DNA of 64,000 nucleotides from a bacterium (GTDB lineage Bacteria; SAR324; NAC60-12): contig CBDBHR010000003.1 in the NCBI GenBank assembly GCA_965205865.1, positions 32,001-96,000 on the forward strand. Reading direction: 5' to 3'. Shown one piece after another: positions 11,044 through 19,500 of this stretch. Position 1 is the stretch's first letter. Each line of letters begins with the position of its first letter. The position numbers were made by a program, and so were the translations under genes. The notes beneath the pieces are model-generated. The model did not search any database. It saw only the letters and a list, made by a program, of their open reading frames with translations, and was not told where the DNA came from.

Positions 11044-11955
11044 ATGCGAATTCTCAAGGAAGTTACTCATTTTGATTTTCTTGGAAAAAAGATGATTGCA
11101 CTGATTGTTTCAGTATTGCTCATTCTGATGGGGACTGTCTCAGTCGTCTATCACCAAGGGTTTAACTATGGCATTGATTTCAAGGGTGGATTTCAAGTAA
11201 GAATCAAATTTGAGCGAGCAATCGACTTGAATGCATTGCGCAAACAGTTTGATCGTCTTGACATGAATTCCACCAGTCTGCAGACCATTGGAGATACAAA
11301 TGAGGTCAAACTGGTCTTACCATTGAATAATCCTTTGGGAACGGGATCTGAATTGACGAGTAATCTGAAAGAATTGTTGGCCGGTGATTATCCGAAATTG
11401 GAGATACGCAGCGTAGAAAGCGTGGGACCACAAGTGGGTGATGAATTGAAGTTGAGCGCCCTTTATGCAATTTTGATTGCGCTGGGATTGATTTTAATTT
11501 ATATCACCATCCGCTTCCATTGGAAATTTGGAATCAGCGCGATTTTAACATTGACCCACGACGTGGTGGTAGTGGTAGGATTTTTTTCTGTGTTTGACAA
11601 AGAATTCACGCTCCCAGTTGTTGCTGCATTGCTCACCGTAGTGGGATATTCCCTCAATGACACCATTGTCGTTTTTGACCGAATACGGGAAAACATGGCT
11701 CGCTTTCGTAAAAAAAATTTAGAAGAAGTGATCAATCTCAGCATCAACGAAATTCTGAGCCGCACTATATTGACTTCTGGTACCACTCTTTTTGTAGTGT
11801 TGGCTCTGTTTTTTCTAGGTGGAGAAATCATTCATGATTTCGCCTTCGGAATTCTGGTGGGAATTGTTGTAGGAACCTATTCTTCCATCTATGTGGCAAG
11901 CCCGCTACTTCTTCAAATGAGTGTCAAAGCCCCTGCTCCCAAAACCCAGAGCTAA
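11044..11955 (+). CDS. secF: Protein translocase subunit SecF
   Basis: GIDFKGG, VGPQVG, GYSLNDTIVVFDRIRE. Confidence 0.97.
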   Translation: MRILKEVTHFDFLGKKMIALIVSVLLILMGTVSVVYHQGFNYGIDFKGGFQVRIKFERAIDLNALRKQFDRLDMNSTSLQTIGDTNEVKLVLPLNNPLGTGSELTSNLKELLAGDYPKLEIRSVESVGPQVGDELKLSALYAILIALGLILIYITIRFHWKFGISAILTLTHDVVVVVGFFSVFDKEFTLPVVAALLTVVGYSLNDTIVVFDRIRENMARFRKKNLEEVINLSINEILSRTILTSGTTLFVVLALFFLGGEIIHDFAFGILVGIVVGTYSSIYVASPLLLQMSVKAPAPKTQS

Positions 11956-11966
11956 TCGGAAAAAGG

Positions 11967-12812
11967 ATGTTTGATACCGTTGCCGTGATTGGATTGGGAT
12001 TGATTGGTGGTTCCCTGGCCTTGGAACTGAAACGACTGAAACTGGTCGATCATATTCTGGGTTACGATGTCGACGTTGATCACTGCAAGAAGGCCGAGAT
12101 GCGCGGATTGGCAGACCAGATTTTCAATGACTGGAATGACAAGCTTTTCAGTGTAGATCTGCTGGTCATTGCTATTCCCGTAGGACAGGTGTCTTCGGTG
12201 GTTGAACAATGTCATCAATGGTTGAATCCTCGCACAATCGTGACGGACGTGGGTAGTGTCAAAAAGCCGATTCTTGTCACTATGCAAAACTATCCTGCAA
12301 TCAATTTCGTGGGAGGACATCCGATTGCCGGTTCGGAAAATTTTGGACCGGAAAGCGCAAAAACGGGTTTGTTAAAAGACAAAAATTTTATTGTCACTCC
12401 AACAGACGACACGTCTCCTCAAGCATTGGAAATTGTAAAAAAGTTATGGAGTGCGGTGGGGTGTCAGGTGCACGAAATGGATGCGGAGCTACACGACAAA
12501 ATTTTTGCGTCAGTTAGTCATCTCCCCCATTTATTGGCTTATGCTACCATCGAAGCTATCGGCACAAGCGGCACTCCGGAAATCCTCAAGTATTTTGGCG
12601 CAGGTCTGAAAGATTTTTCCCGAATTGCATCATCAAGTCCACAGATGTGGGCTGATATATTTATCGAGAATCGAGACCATCTTTTGGCCACTGTGAGCCA
12701 TGCGCGTCAAATTATTGAGAAGATGGAAACACTTGTACGTGAACAAAATCATCTGGGATTGATGGAGTTGTTAGCGCGTTCTAAAAATCTCAGGGACAGC
12801 TGGATCAATTGA
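11967..12812 (+). CDS. tyrA: Prephenate/arogenate dehydrogenase
   Basis: GLGLIGGS Rossmann motif, TDVGSVK, GGHPIAGSE, SHLPH. Confidence 0.93.
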   Translation: MFDTVAVIGLGLIGGSLALELKRLKLVDHILGYDVDVDHCKKAEMRGLADQIFNDWNDKLFSVDLLVIAIPVGQVSSVVEQCHQWLNPRTIVTDVGSVKKPILVTMQNYPAINFVGGHPIAGSENFGPESAKTGLLKDKNFIVTPTDDTSPQALEIVKKLWSAVGCQVHEMDAELHDKIFASVSHLPHLLAYATIEAIGTSGTPEILKYFGAGLKDFSRIASSSPQMWADIFIENRDHLLATVSHARQIIEKMETLVREQNHLGLMELLARSKNLRDSWIN

Positions 12813-12856
12813 TCCTCCCTCATACACATACGAAGAGCGTAGTGCCGTTCGCAAGT

Positions 12857-13525
12857 TCATGATCCTTTGATTCGGTTCCGGAAAAATTCAACCAAATCGG
12901 GCTTGCTCCATTCTCTTGGACCTAAACTCCGTCCTAAAATAGTTTTGTCACGGTCGATCAAGAAAGTGACAGGCAGGTTTTGAACACCATAGAGGCGACT
13001 TATCTCCATTTCCGGATCAGCAATTATTGGAAAAGTGAATCCATGTTTTTTTAAGAACTTCTCGATTTTTTGCTTACCTTCTCCCATTCCCACCGCCAAT
13101 ATCACCATCCCCACTTCTTTCAGTTTTTGATGAAGATGTTCCATGTCCGGCATTTCTTTCAGACAGGGGGAACACCAAGTTGCCCAGAAATTGAGTAAAA
13201 TGAAATTGTTTTGATACATGTACAACTCAGAGTGGGCGTCATTGATGGGAATACCCTGAAAATTCTCAGCCTTGAGCAACATACTTGGCAATTCGACAAA
13301 GTGACTCCTCAGCAAATTCTGTTCTTGAGGAGTGAGATCGAGGTCAGGGTGAGGATGGGAAGCGGATGAGTGATTATGATCCCCATAAGCAAGAAAAAAT
13401 ATCCCTGAAATTTGGAATGCCAAGAGAAAGCAGAAAATGCGGGCTTTTGAGTTTTCCATGTATGAACTGATGTGATAAAAATTGACAATGCTTTCTGGAG
13501 ATTGCAATGGTGATTCATGTTTCAC
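12857..13525 (-). CDS. TlpA-family thiol:disulfide oxidoreductase (start uncertain)
   Basis: LNFWATWCSPC (CxxC), YGVQNLPVTFLID, signal-like N-terminus. Confidence 0.9.
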   Translation of the reverse strand: MKHESPLQSPESIVNFYHISSYMENSKARIFCFLLAFQISGIFFLAYGDHNHSSASHPHPDLDLTPQEQNLLRSHFVELPSMLLKAENFQGIPINDAHSELYMYQNNFILLNFWATWCSPCLKEMPDMEHLHQKLKEVGMVILAVGMGEGKQKIEKFLKKHGFTFPIIADPEMEISRLYGVQNLPVTFLIDRDKTILGRSLGPREWSKPDLVEFFRNRIKGS

Positions 13526-13608
13526 CTTATCTGAATAATATATTGCAGAATCTCTGGTAGTGCAAATCTAATCTAATAAATCAGCTTCTGGGGTCATCAT
13601 TTCAGAAC

Positions 13609-14430
13609 ATGAAAGCAGCCATCATCATTCCTGCACGTTATCACTCCACTCGGTTTCCCGGCAAACCTCTGGTTTCCATCGCCGGCAAGACGTTATTAAA
13701 TCGGGTTTGCGATATTGCTTTGCATGCTGCAGCTCGTGTTCAGGGGGAAGTGGAGGTGATTGTAGCAACTGATGATCAGCGTATTATGTGCCATGCAAAG
13801 TCTATTGGCGTGCGCGCATTGCATACTTCTCAGCATTGTAAAACCGGGACCGAGCGGACATTGGCAGCAGTTGAACAATTGAAAATAAAACCCGATGCCA
13901 TTGTCAATTTACAGGGAGACGCGCCTTTGACCCCTGTCCATTTTATAGAGGCCATTCTGCAAAAACTTTTATCGGATCCGTCAATTCAATGGATCACTCC
14001 CGTGGCCCAACTCAGCTGGCAGGAACTGGATCAATTGCGAGAAATTAAAAAAACAACTCCATTCAGTGGCACAACGGTGATATTGAATGATAAAGATCGG
14101 GCTATCTGGTTTTCCAAAAAAATAATTCCAGCGATTCGCGACGAAGGTAAATTACGAAAAAACACGAAAGCGTCTCCTGTTTTCCGACATATTGGCTTGT
14201 ATGGCAGTACCTTGGAAATGTTGCGCATTTATGCCAATCTCTCACAAACTCCTTATGAAATTTTGGAAGGTTTGGAGCAGTTGCGTCTATTGGAAAATGG
14301 TTACCAAATCCAAGCGGTAAAAGTGCGTTATAGGGATCATCCCGCCATGTCCGGAGTCGATACGCCGGAGGATGCCAAACGAGCAGAAGATCTCATTTTG
14401 AAATATAAACCTGGATTATTCCTCGGATGA
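13609..14430 (+). CDS. kdsB: 3-deoxy-manno-octulosonate cytidylyltransferase
   Basis: IIPARYHSTRFPGKPL, VNLQGD, RHIGLY, LEQLRLLENG. Confidence 0.95.
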   Translation: MKAAIIIPARYHSTRFPGKPLVSIAGKTLLNRVCDIALHAAARVQGEVEVIVATDDQRIMCHAKSIGVRALHTSQHCKTGTERTLAAVEQLKIKPDAIVNLQGDAPLTPVHFIEAILQKLLSDPSIQWITPVAQLSWQELDQLREIKKTTPFSGTTVILNDKDRAIWFSKKIIPAIRDEGKLRKNTKASPVFRHIGLYGSTLEMLRIYANLSQTPYEILEGLEQLRLLENGYQIQAVKVRYRDHPAMSGVDTPEDAKRAEDLILKYKPGLFLG

Positions 14431-14554
14431 TGACCTCTTTGCGGCGCTGAAGTGGAGCAGCCGCATAGTTCTTTAAGCAAGCCATTCGCGCAGTTATCCG
14501 CTCAGTTTTCCTTTGAACGATCGAGCATTGACGGCTCAAGATGTGGAGTGAAAC

Positions 14555-14997
14555 TAGTGCTTGACCGAAAAATACTCAAATTGCTGATATTAAATGACAA
14601 TTCTTCAATTTCACAGGATGAAGATTGGTTTGATGCAGTGTTCAGATGGCCAGACTAGCGAGAGTGGTCCTTCCTGGCGTTCCTCATCATGTCAGCCAGA
14701 GAGTGGCTCTCTCCATGGAAATCTTTTCAGCTGATGAGAATTGCAGAGAGTATCTCTCATTTCTCAAATAGCATGGAGAAAAAATAGTTTGTGCTTGGCA
14801 GAAAAATACTCAAATTGCTGATATTAAATGACATTTCTTCAATTTCATTGGATGAAGATTTGTTTGATACAGTGTTCAATTGGCCAAAATCAGCAAAAAA
14901 TAGGATTTTTGATGAGTTTCGCCAAAATCTTCGTTTCTTGAAAATAGGTGAATACCATTAAATATCATGTAGTTATCTAATTTTCGGTCAAGCACTA
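14555..14997. mobile_element. Non-autonomous element (MITE-like) built from ends of the ISNCY-like element at 56514-58191
   Basis: Perfect 17-bp terminal IR TAGTGCTTGACCGAAAA / TTTTCGGTCAAGCACTA. Segments starting at 14555 and 14791 both match the reverse complement of the 58191 end (gtgcttggccgaaaaatactcaaattgctgatattaaatg...). Confidence 0.85.
14646..14790 (+). pseudogene. N-terminal fragment of a Y1 (IS200/RAYT-like) transposase
   Basis: Translates MARLARVVLPGVPHHVSQRVALSMEIFSADENCREYLSFLK*, a typical N-terminus of this family, followed by stops. Confidence 0.7.
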
Positions 14998-15080
14998 ACT
15001 AAGTAAGCACTGTCTTGGTGAGCAGAAGATACTTATATTAGCGACAAACCAAGTCGATAAAAGTAAAAGAAGGATTTCCA

Positions 15081-16826
15081 CTAATTCACCACGATAATTT
15101 CCTCTCCCAGCATATCCACGATTTTCACCGCCACTCTCGCGTCGGCGTGGGGGAGCGTCAGTTCATACCAGCCCCGGATAAAATCGGTCTTCTTTTTGGG
15201 CAGGTCGCTTTCCACGATGTTGAAACTCCTGTCGTTGTAATCGGTGTCGATCAGCACACAGTCGATTTGCGCCCGGAAATCTTCAATCTGCTCATCAAAG
15301 AGCGTTCTGTCTATTTCCATCCTGGCAAGGATGGATGGGCTGATGTAATCAATTATCTTCACCGTAGCTTTTGCGTCTTCCTTTGTAATCTCTACGATCG
15401 CCTCCGCGGGTTGATCCGTTATTACCCCGTCCTGCTGAATATCACAGATGGTGATGCGGTTTATCGGGGTTTTCTCTTCAGCCAGTTCAGTAATGATCCC
15501 CATTTCACTGCCATTGCAGAAAACTGCAATATCACGTGTTTCATCCGGCCGGTTGTTTTGAATTTCATCTTTTATAATCTGAATATCCAACCGGGTCAGC
15601 GGCCTGTTCAAATCCAAAATTTTCACCAACTGCCCCCCGACGGTTCCGTCGAAAAACAAGTCCTTCCGGTCTGTCTGAATACCGTATTTGGAGACAATGA
15701 TTTTCTTCAGTCTGTCCTGTTTGGCGAAGTCGTAGTTATTCACTCGGTAATGGATGAAGCCACGTCTGTTTTTCTCCACAAGATCTTCGTTTTTTTTTGC
15801 AATGACAACCTGCAAGCGTTTGATGGTGGTTTGAATTGCGCCCTTGTTCAAATCCGCCATGATCCAGCGACGGCCCAACTTTTCCGCGACCACAGCGGTG
15901 GTGCCACTACCACAGAAGCAATCCAGGACGATTGAATCTTCATTGCTTGAAGCTTTGATGATTCGTTCCAATAGGTCTTTAGGTTTTTGGGTGGGAAAAT
16001 CTGATCTCTCTGTTTTGTCTAAAGGATTTATTATGGGTATATACCAAGTATCTCTTCGGAGTATGAAAGTATAAGTGCCATTTTCATCTACAAACCATTC
16101 TCGCTCTGCATTTTTTAGTTTTTCCTTCCCTTCTCTTTTACCTTGAACATACTTCTTTTCGTCTTTTGATACATTGAAAATTGCTTTGTCTGTCTTGCTA
16201 TATAAAAATATGTTGTCATGTTTTTTTGCGAACCCTTTTTCTCCTGCTCCTCCGGAATAATAGTGCCAAATCACTTCATTTATAAAATTCTCTTTTCCAA
16301 ACACCTCGTCCAGCAAAAATCGCAGGTGATGGCTTTTGTGCCAATCACAATGCAGATAGATGCTACCATTTTCGCTCAGCAATTCCCGCATCAGAATCAG
16401 CCGTTCATACATGAATTGCAAATAGTTATCATTGGCCCAGATGTCCACGTATTGCGCCTGCTCGATGGAAGTGTGTCCTTCCCCTTCCAATTTTTCAGTT
16501 TGTCTGCGCAGTTTCACTCTACGTATATAATCCGCGCCGGAATCAAAGGGAGGGTCAATGTAGATCAAATCGATCTTTCCCCGGAACCCGGCAATCAACA
16601 GCGAGGAGAGAATCTCCTTGTTGTCTCCATGAAAAAGCAGATTGTAATCGCTTTTCACAAATTCCGAATAAGACGGCTCAGCCGGTGGATTGTCCACGCC
16701 AACGGTCTCGCATAGCTGCGCCGGGAAATGACGCACCACGTCCAACGGTTTCTTATCAAGCCAATGCAGCATCTGGCGACCCTTGATGGGGGTGATTTTG
16801 AGGGGTTTCTTTTTCGGCTCAGTCAT
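15081..16826 (-). CDS. mod: Site-specific DNA methyltransferase, beta class (type III Mod-like)
   Basis: IYIDPPF (motif IV) precedes FPTQKP and LDCFCGSGTT (motif I); C-terminus VAVKIVDMLGEE. Confidence 0.9.
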   Translation of the reverse strand: MTEPKKKPLKITPIKGRQMLHWLDKKPLDVVRHFPAQLCETVGVDNPPAEPSYSEFVKSDYNLLFHGDNKEILSSLLIAGFRGKIDLIYIDPPFDSGADYIRRVKLRRQTEKLEGEGHTSIEQAQYVDIWANDNYLQFMYERLILMRELLSENGSIYLHCDWHKSHHLRFLLDEVFGKENFINEVIWHYYSGGAGEKGFAKKHDNIFLYSKTDKAIFNVSKDEKKYVQGKREGKEKLKNAEREWFVDENGTYTFILRRDTWYIPIINPLDKTERSDFPTQKPKDLLERIIKASSNEDSIVLDCFCGSGTTAVVAEKLGRRWIMADLNKGAIQTTIKRLQVVIAKKNEDLVEKNRRGFIHYRVNNYDFAKQDRLKKIIVSKYGIQTDRKDLFFDGTVGGQLVKILDLNRPLTRLDIQIIKDEIQNNRPDETRDIAVFCNGSEMGIITELAEEKTPINRITICDIQQDGVITDQPAEAIVEITKEDAKATVKIIDYISPSILARMEIDRTLFDEQIEDFRAQIDCVLIDTDYNDRSFNIVESDLPKKKTDFIRGWYELTLPHADARVAVKIVDMLGEEIIVVN

Positions 16827-17593
16827 GCCACATACCTTTCAATATCGGACATAACCCCTTCTTGAAGATCAGTGAGATTCGGGTACTGCTTGTCCGCGTT
16901 CCTGGTTAGATAAGTGACTTCTTTGTTTCCCAGATCCAGCATATTCTCGTATACCACCAGACTGATAAAGGGAAGATTTGCTTTTTTGAACTCCAGCAAT
17001 GCGATCGCCGTACTTTTTGCCTTGTCGTTCCCGATCACTCCAAAGAGGTAGAATTTACGGTTTTTGTAGCTTAAAGACCAATCTACGGTGAGAATTCTAT
17101 AGTCCGGGAGAGGAAGGTCATCTTGTTTAGGATCAAATTTCTCCAACTCTTTTGTGGCATACTCTTTCAAGTCCTCGTAGAATGTGGAACGGACATTTTC
17201 TCTGCTCCAATAGCGCATATTGCAGACTTTTTGTACGCAGCCAGCAAATTGAAGTACACTCTCATAAAGCATTTCCAGAGTCGTATCCAAATAAAGATTC
17301 CCTTCCTCATTTTGAACGTCACTGTTTATCAGAATGCTTTCAAATATTTTCTGGCGAGAATTCGTATTTAATTCATAAGTGTATGAAAGACGCATGACCG
17401 CCATGCCAAAGTCGCAGATACGAATATGGTTTTCGCATTCAGGGCTATCTTGCAGATAGATATCCACCATATCACCGTCTTCATGGCGAATAGGAGCGAT
17501 AAGCTGGAATTTTCCCGGTCTCCGCTCATACACATCAAAGCCAGTTCGGGTTTTTTCGCGGAGTAAATTCAGGGCTCGGTCAATTTTCATCAT
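16823..17593 (-). CDS. DUF1828-like domain protein
   Basis: APIRHEDGDMVDIYL...IRICDFGMAVMRLSY pattern. The stop overlaps the mod start (ATGA). Confidence 0.7.
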   Translation of the reverse strand: MMKIDRALNLLREKTRTGFDVYERRPGKFQLIAPIRHEDGDMVDIYLQDSPECENHIRICDFGMAVMRLSYTYELNTNSRQKIFESILINSDVQNEEGNLYLDTTLEMLYESVLQFAGCVQKVCNMRYWSRENVRSTFYEDLKEYATKELEKFDPKQDDLPLPDYRILTVDWSLSYKNRKFYLFGVIGNDKAKSTAIALLEFKKANLPFISLVVYENMLDLGNKEVTYLTRNADKQYPNLTDLQEGVMSDIERYVA

Positions 17594-18080
17594 GATTTAG
17601 ACTCAAACTCATCTGGCGTGATTCAGGAAAGTACTCTAAATAATTTATTACGCCAATGTCACCAAAGAAAACTTCGAGAGCTTGCTCAAAGGTATTATAT
17701 CCGTTCGTAATTTCTCTATACTTTTCCTGTGGTTGCGTACTACCGGAATCCATTTCCGTAGCGGTCATGCGATGTATGTGGGGTTTATCATAATGACCAT
17801 TCTGGGATCGACTTGTTTCTCCATGTGGGCCGTTATAGCGCACGAGCGTGATCGAACCCAGCTCACTATTGTTGGTTTGATAACGTAAACCAATCGAGTA
17901 GTTTTCTATAAAATTATTATTTTGACGAATAAAAACCCAAAATGACTCGCCTTCTTGGTTTTGCAAAGTCAAGGCACAACGTTTGTGATTGTTTTCATCC
18001 TTGTATCCCGTATTAGGAACTTTTCTCTTTATCTCCTTGGGAGATCGTATCAGGTCTTGAATTGCTTGATCTGTCAGCAT
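17580..18080 (-). CDS. Hypothetical protein of the type found upstream of DUF1828 genes (DUF6978-like)
   Basis: YSIGL...TLVRYNGPHG...KPHIH His-rich motifs; overlaps the next gene. Confidence 0.6.
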   Translation of the reverse strand: MLTDQAIQDLIRSPKEIKRKVPNTGYKDENNHKRCALTLQNQEGESFWVFIRQNNNFIENYSIGLRYQTNNSELGSITLVRYNGPHGETSRSQNGHYDKPHIHRMTATEMDSGSTQPQEKYREITNGYNTFEQALEVFFGDIGVINYLEYFPESRQMSLSLNHDEN

Positions 18081-18128
18081 AGGACATGTTCGCTTCCTGC
18101 CTATAGATTTTAATTTGATTTTTCAGCC

Positions 18129-18584
18129 TCAAGTTGAAAAATATGTAAAGACAATAATGAGAGTTAAAAAAAGAAAAAAGAAGATCAAGGGAAGAAAGGT
18201 TTCAACAATGGTGAGCTTCCAATAACGACTTTTATTTTTTCCTTCCTCCAATAACTCCCATTCACGCTTGAAAAAGGGATAGGCAAGTTTTTTTTCTAAC
18301 TCATGTAAAGCATCAAATTTTCCTGTATTGAGCTGACGATAGGAACGGATGACAACAAACCACGATACAGAAAGTAAAATTCCCAAAATGCAAAAAGCTG
18401 TCAAAACTGATTTAACATGAATAATTTCTGAGCCATATCTGAGAAAAGTAGCAAGGACAAGGACAATTCCCGTTAGCAGACTGACATAAAGCCTGTTAGC
18501 TCCTTCCCTTCTTTGGCTCACCCGGTCCGCGAGTTCGGCATGGAGTTTGTAGATTTCCAAAAGTTCCTGTCTGTTTCCGTCCAT
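18129..18584 (-). CDS. Small 3-TM membrane protein (possible pore-forming effector, RipA/8xMP-like)
   Basis: Three hydrophobic segments; ADRVSQRREGANRLY and SYRQLNTGKFDALHELE motifs; TAATG coupling to the upstream TIR gene. Confidence 0.65.
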   Translation of the reverse strand: MDGNRQELLEIYKLHAELADRVSQRREGANRLYVSLLTGIVLVLATFLRYGSEIIHVKSVLTAFCILGILLSVSWFVVIRSYRQLNTGKFDALHELEKKLAYPFFKREWELLEEGKNKSRYWKLTIVETFLPLIFFFLFLTLIIVFTYFST

Positions 18585-18993
18585 TATGCTAACTCCCTTA
18601 TCGCTGAGACAATGCTGTCAGTGTTCCACTTAACAATTCGGGACGCGTTACTTTTAACAATCCGAGATGTTTTCTCACTGCCCCAAGGTTCTACTGCTAC
18701 AATAGGTTTTGGAGTTGTAAATTCCTTTTGTGCTATTTGTATCTCTTTCTGTATCCACTTGCTGTAGGTTGCATAAACTCCTGCTAGTATGAGAGCGACA
18801 CTACAGGTTGCATTTGCCGCAAAATTGCTTCATACAATTCCTTGTCAGTTCCCGACGTGTGTAATGGATCATCTTTCGGCACAGAATAATTTTTGAAGGC
18901 AAAGTAGGGTCTTTCCCTCAATAATATTTCCAGTTTTTCATAAATGTCCGAATACGCCCAAGAATGGCTGATAAATAAATTATAGGTTCTCAT
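18584..18993 (-). pseudogene. ThsB-like TIR (DUF1863) protein 2, with a 1-nt frameshift near 18805
   Basis: MRTYNLFISHSW...RQMQP continues in another frame as CSVALILAGVYATYSKWIQKEIQIA...KWNTDSIVSAIRELA*, with TAA at 18584-18586. Confidence 0.85.
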
Positions 18994-19019
18994 GTCTGTC
19001 TCCTTAATTTAATGCGAGT

Positions 19020-19490
19020 TTAACCAATCGATAATTGGTTTGATTTTCTCTGCTCTTGTTTAAAGTTCCTGTCTGATTTCGTCCATTGGGCTAACTCCCT
19101 TATCGCTGAGACAATGCTGTTGGTATTCCAGCCAACAATCTGGTCGGCATGATCTCGGACCTTCGCAGAGATTTCATTTGTACAAGGCCGTAAAGCAAGA
19201 ATAGGTTTTGGTTTCGAAAAGCCACTTTTAGCAATCTTGATTTCCTTGTCTATCCACTCACTGTACTCAGCATAGACTCTCGCTAAAACGATTACGATAC
19301 CGCATGGTTGCATCTTATTGTGGATTACCTTGGATAACTGTTTGTCTGTACTATCAAGCACGGGAACTTTTTTGGGGATGGAGTGGTTGTGATAACGAAA
19401 GTTGTTGGCTTGTTTCAATAGATTGACCAAGTTGCTGTATTGGTCATGGTATGTCCAGGAGTGGCTGATAAATAAATGGTACGTTTTCAT
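19020..19490 (-). CDS. ThsB-like TIR (DUF1863) protein 1
   Basis: LFISHSW, YSEWIDKEIKIA (putative catalytic Glu), KPIL, VGWNTNSIVSAIR. Confidence 0.85.
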   Translation of the reverse strand: MKTYHLFISHSWTYHDQYSNLVNLLKQANNFRYHNHSIPKKVPVLDSTDKQLSKVIHNKMQPCGIVIVLARVYAEYSEWIDKEIKIAKSGFSKPKPILALRPCTNEISAKVRDHADQIVGWNTNSIVSAIRELAQWTKSDRNFKQEQRKSNQLSIG

Positions 19491-19500
19491 ATCTACCTCA

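Noticed and set aside
14555-14900. Repeated 100-bp unit as a possible CRISPR array
   Set aside because: Only two long copies, matching an IS end; no repeat-spacer periodicity and no cas genes in the window.
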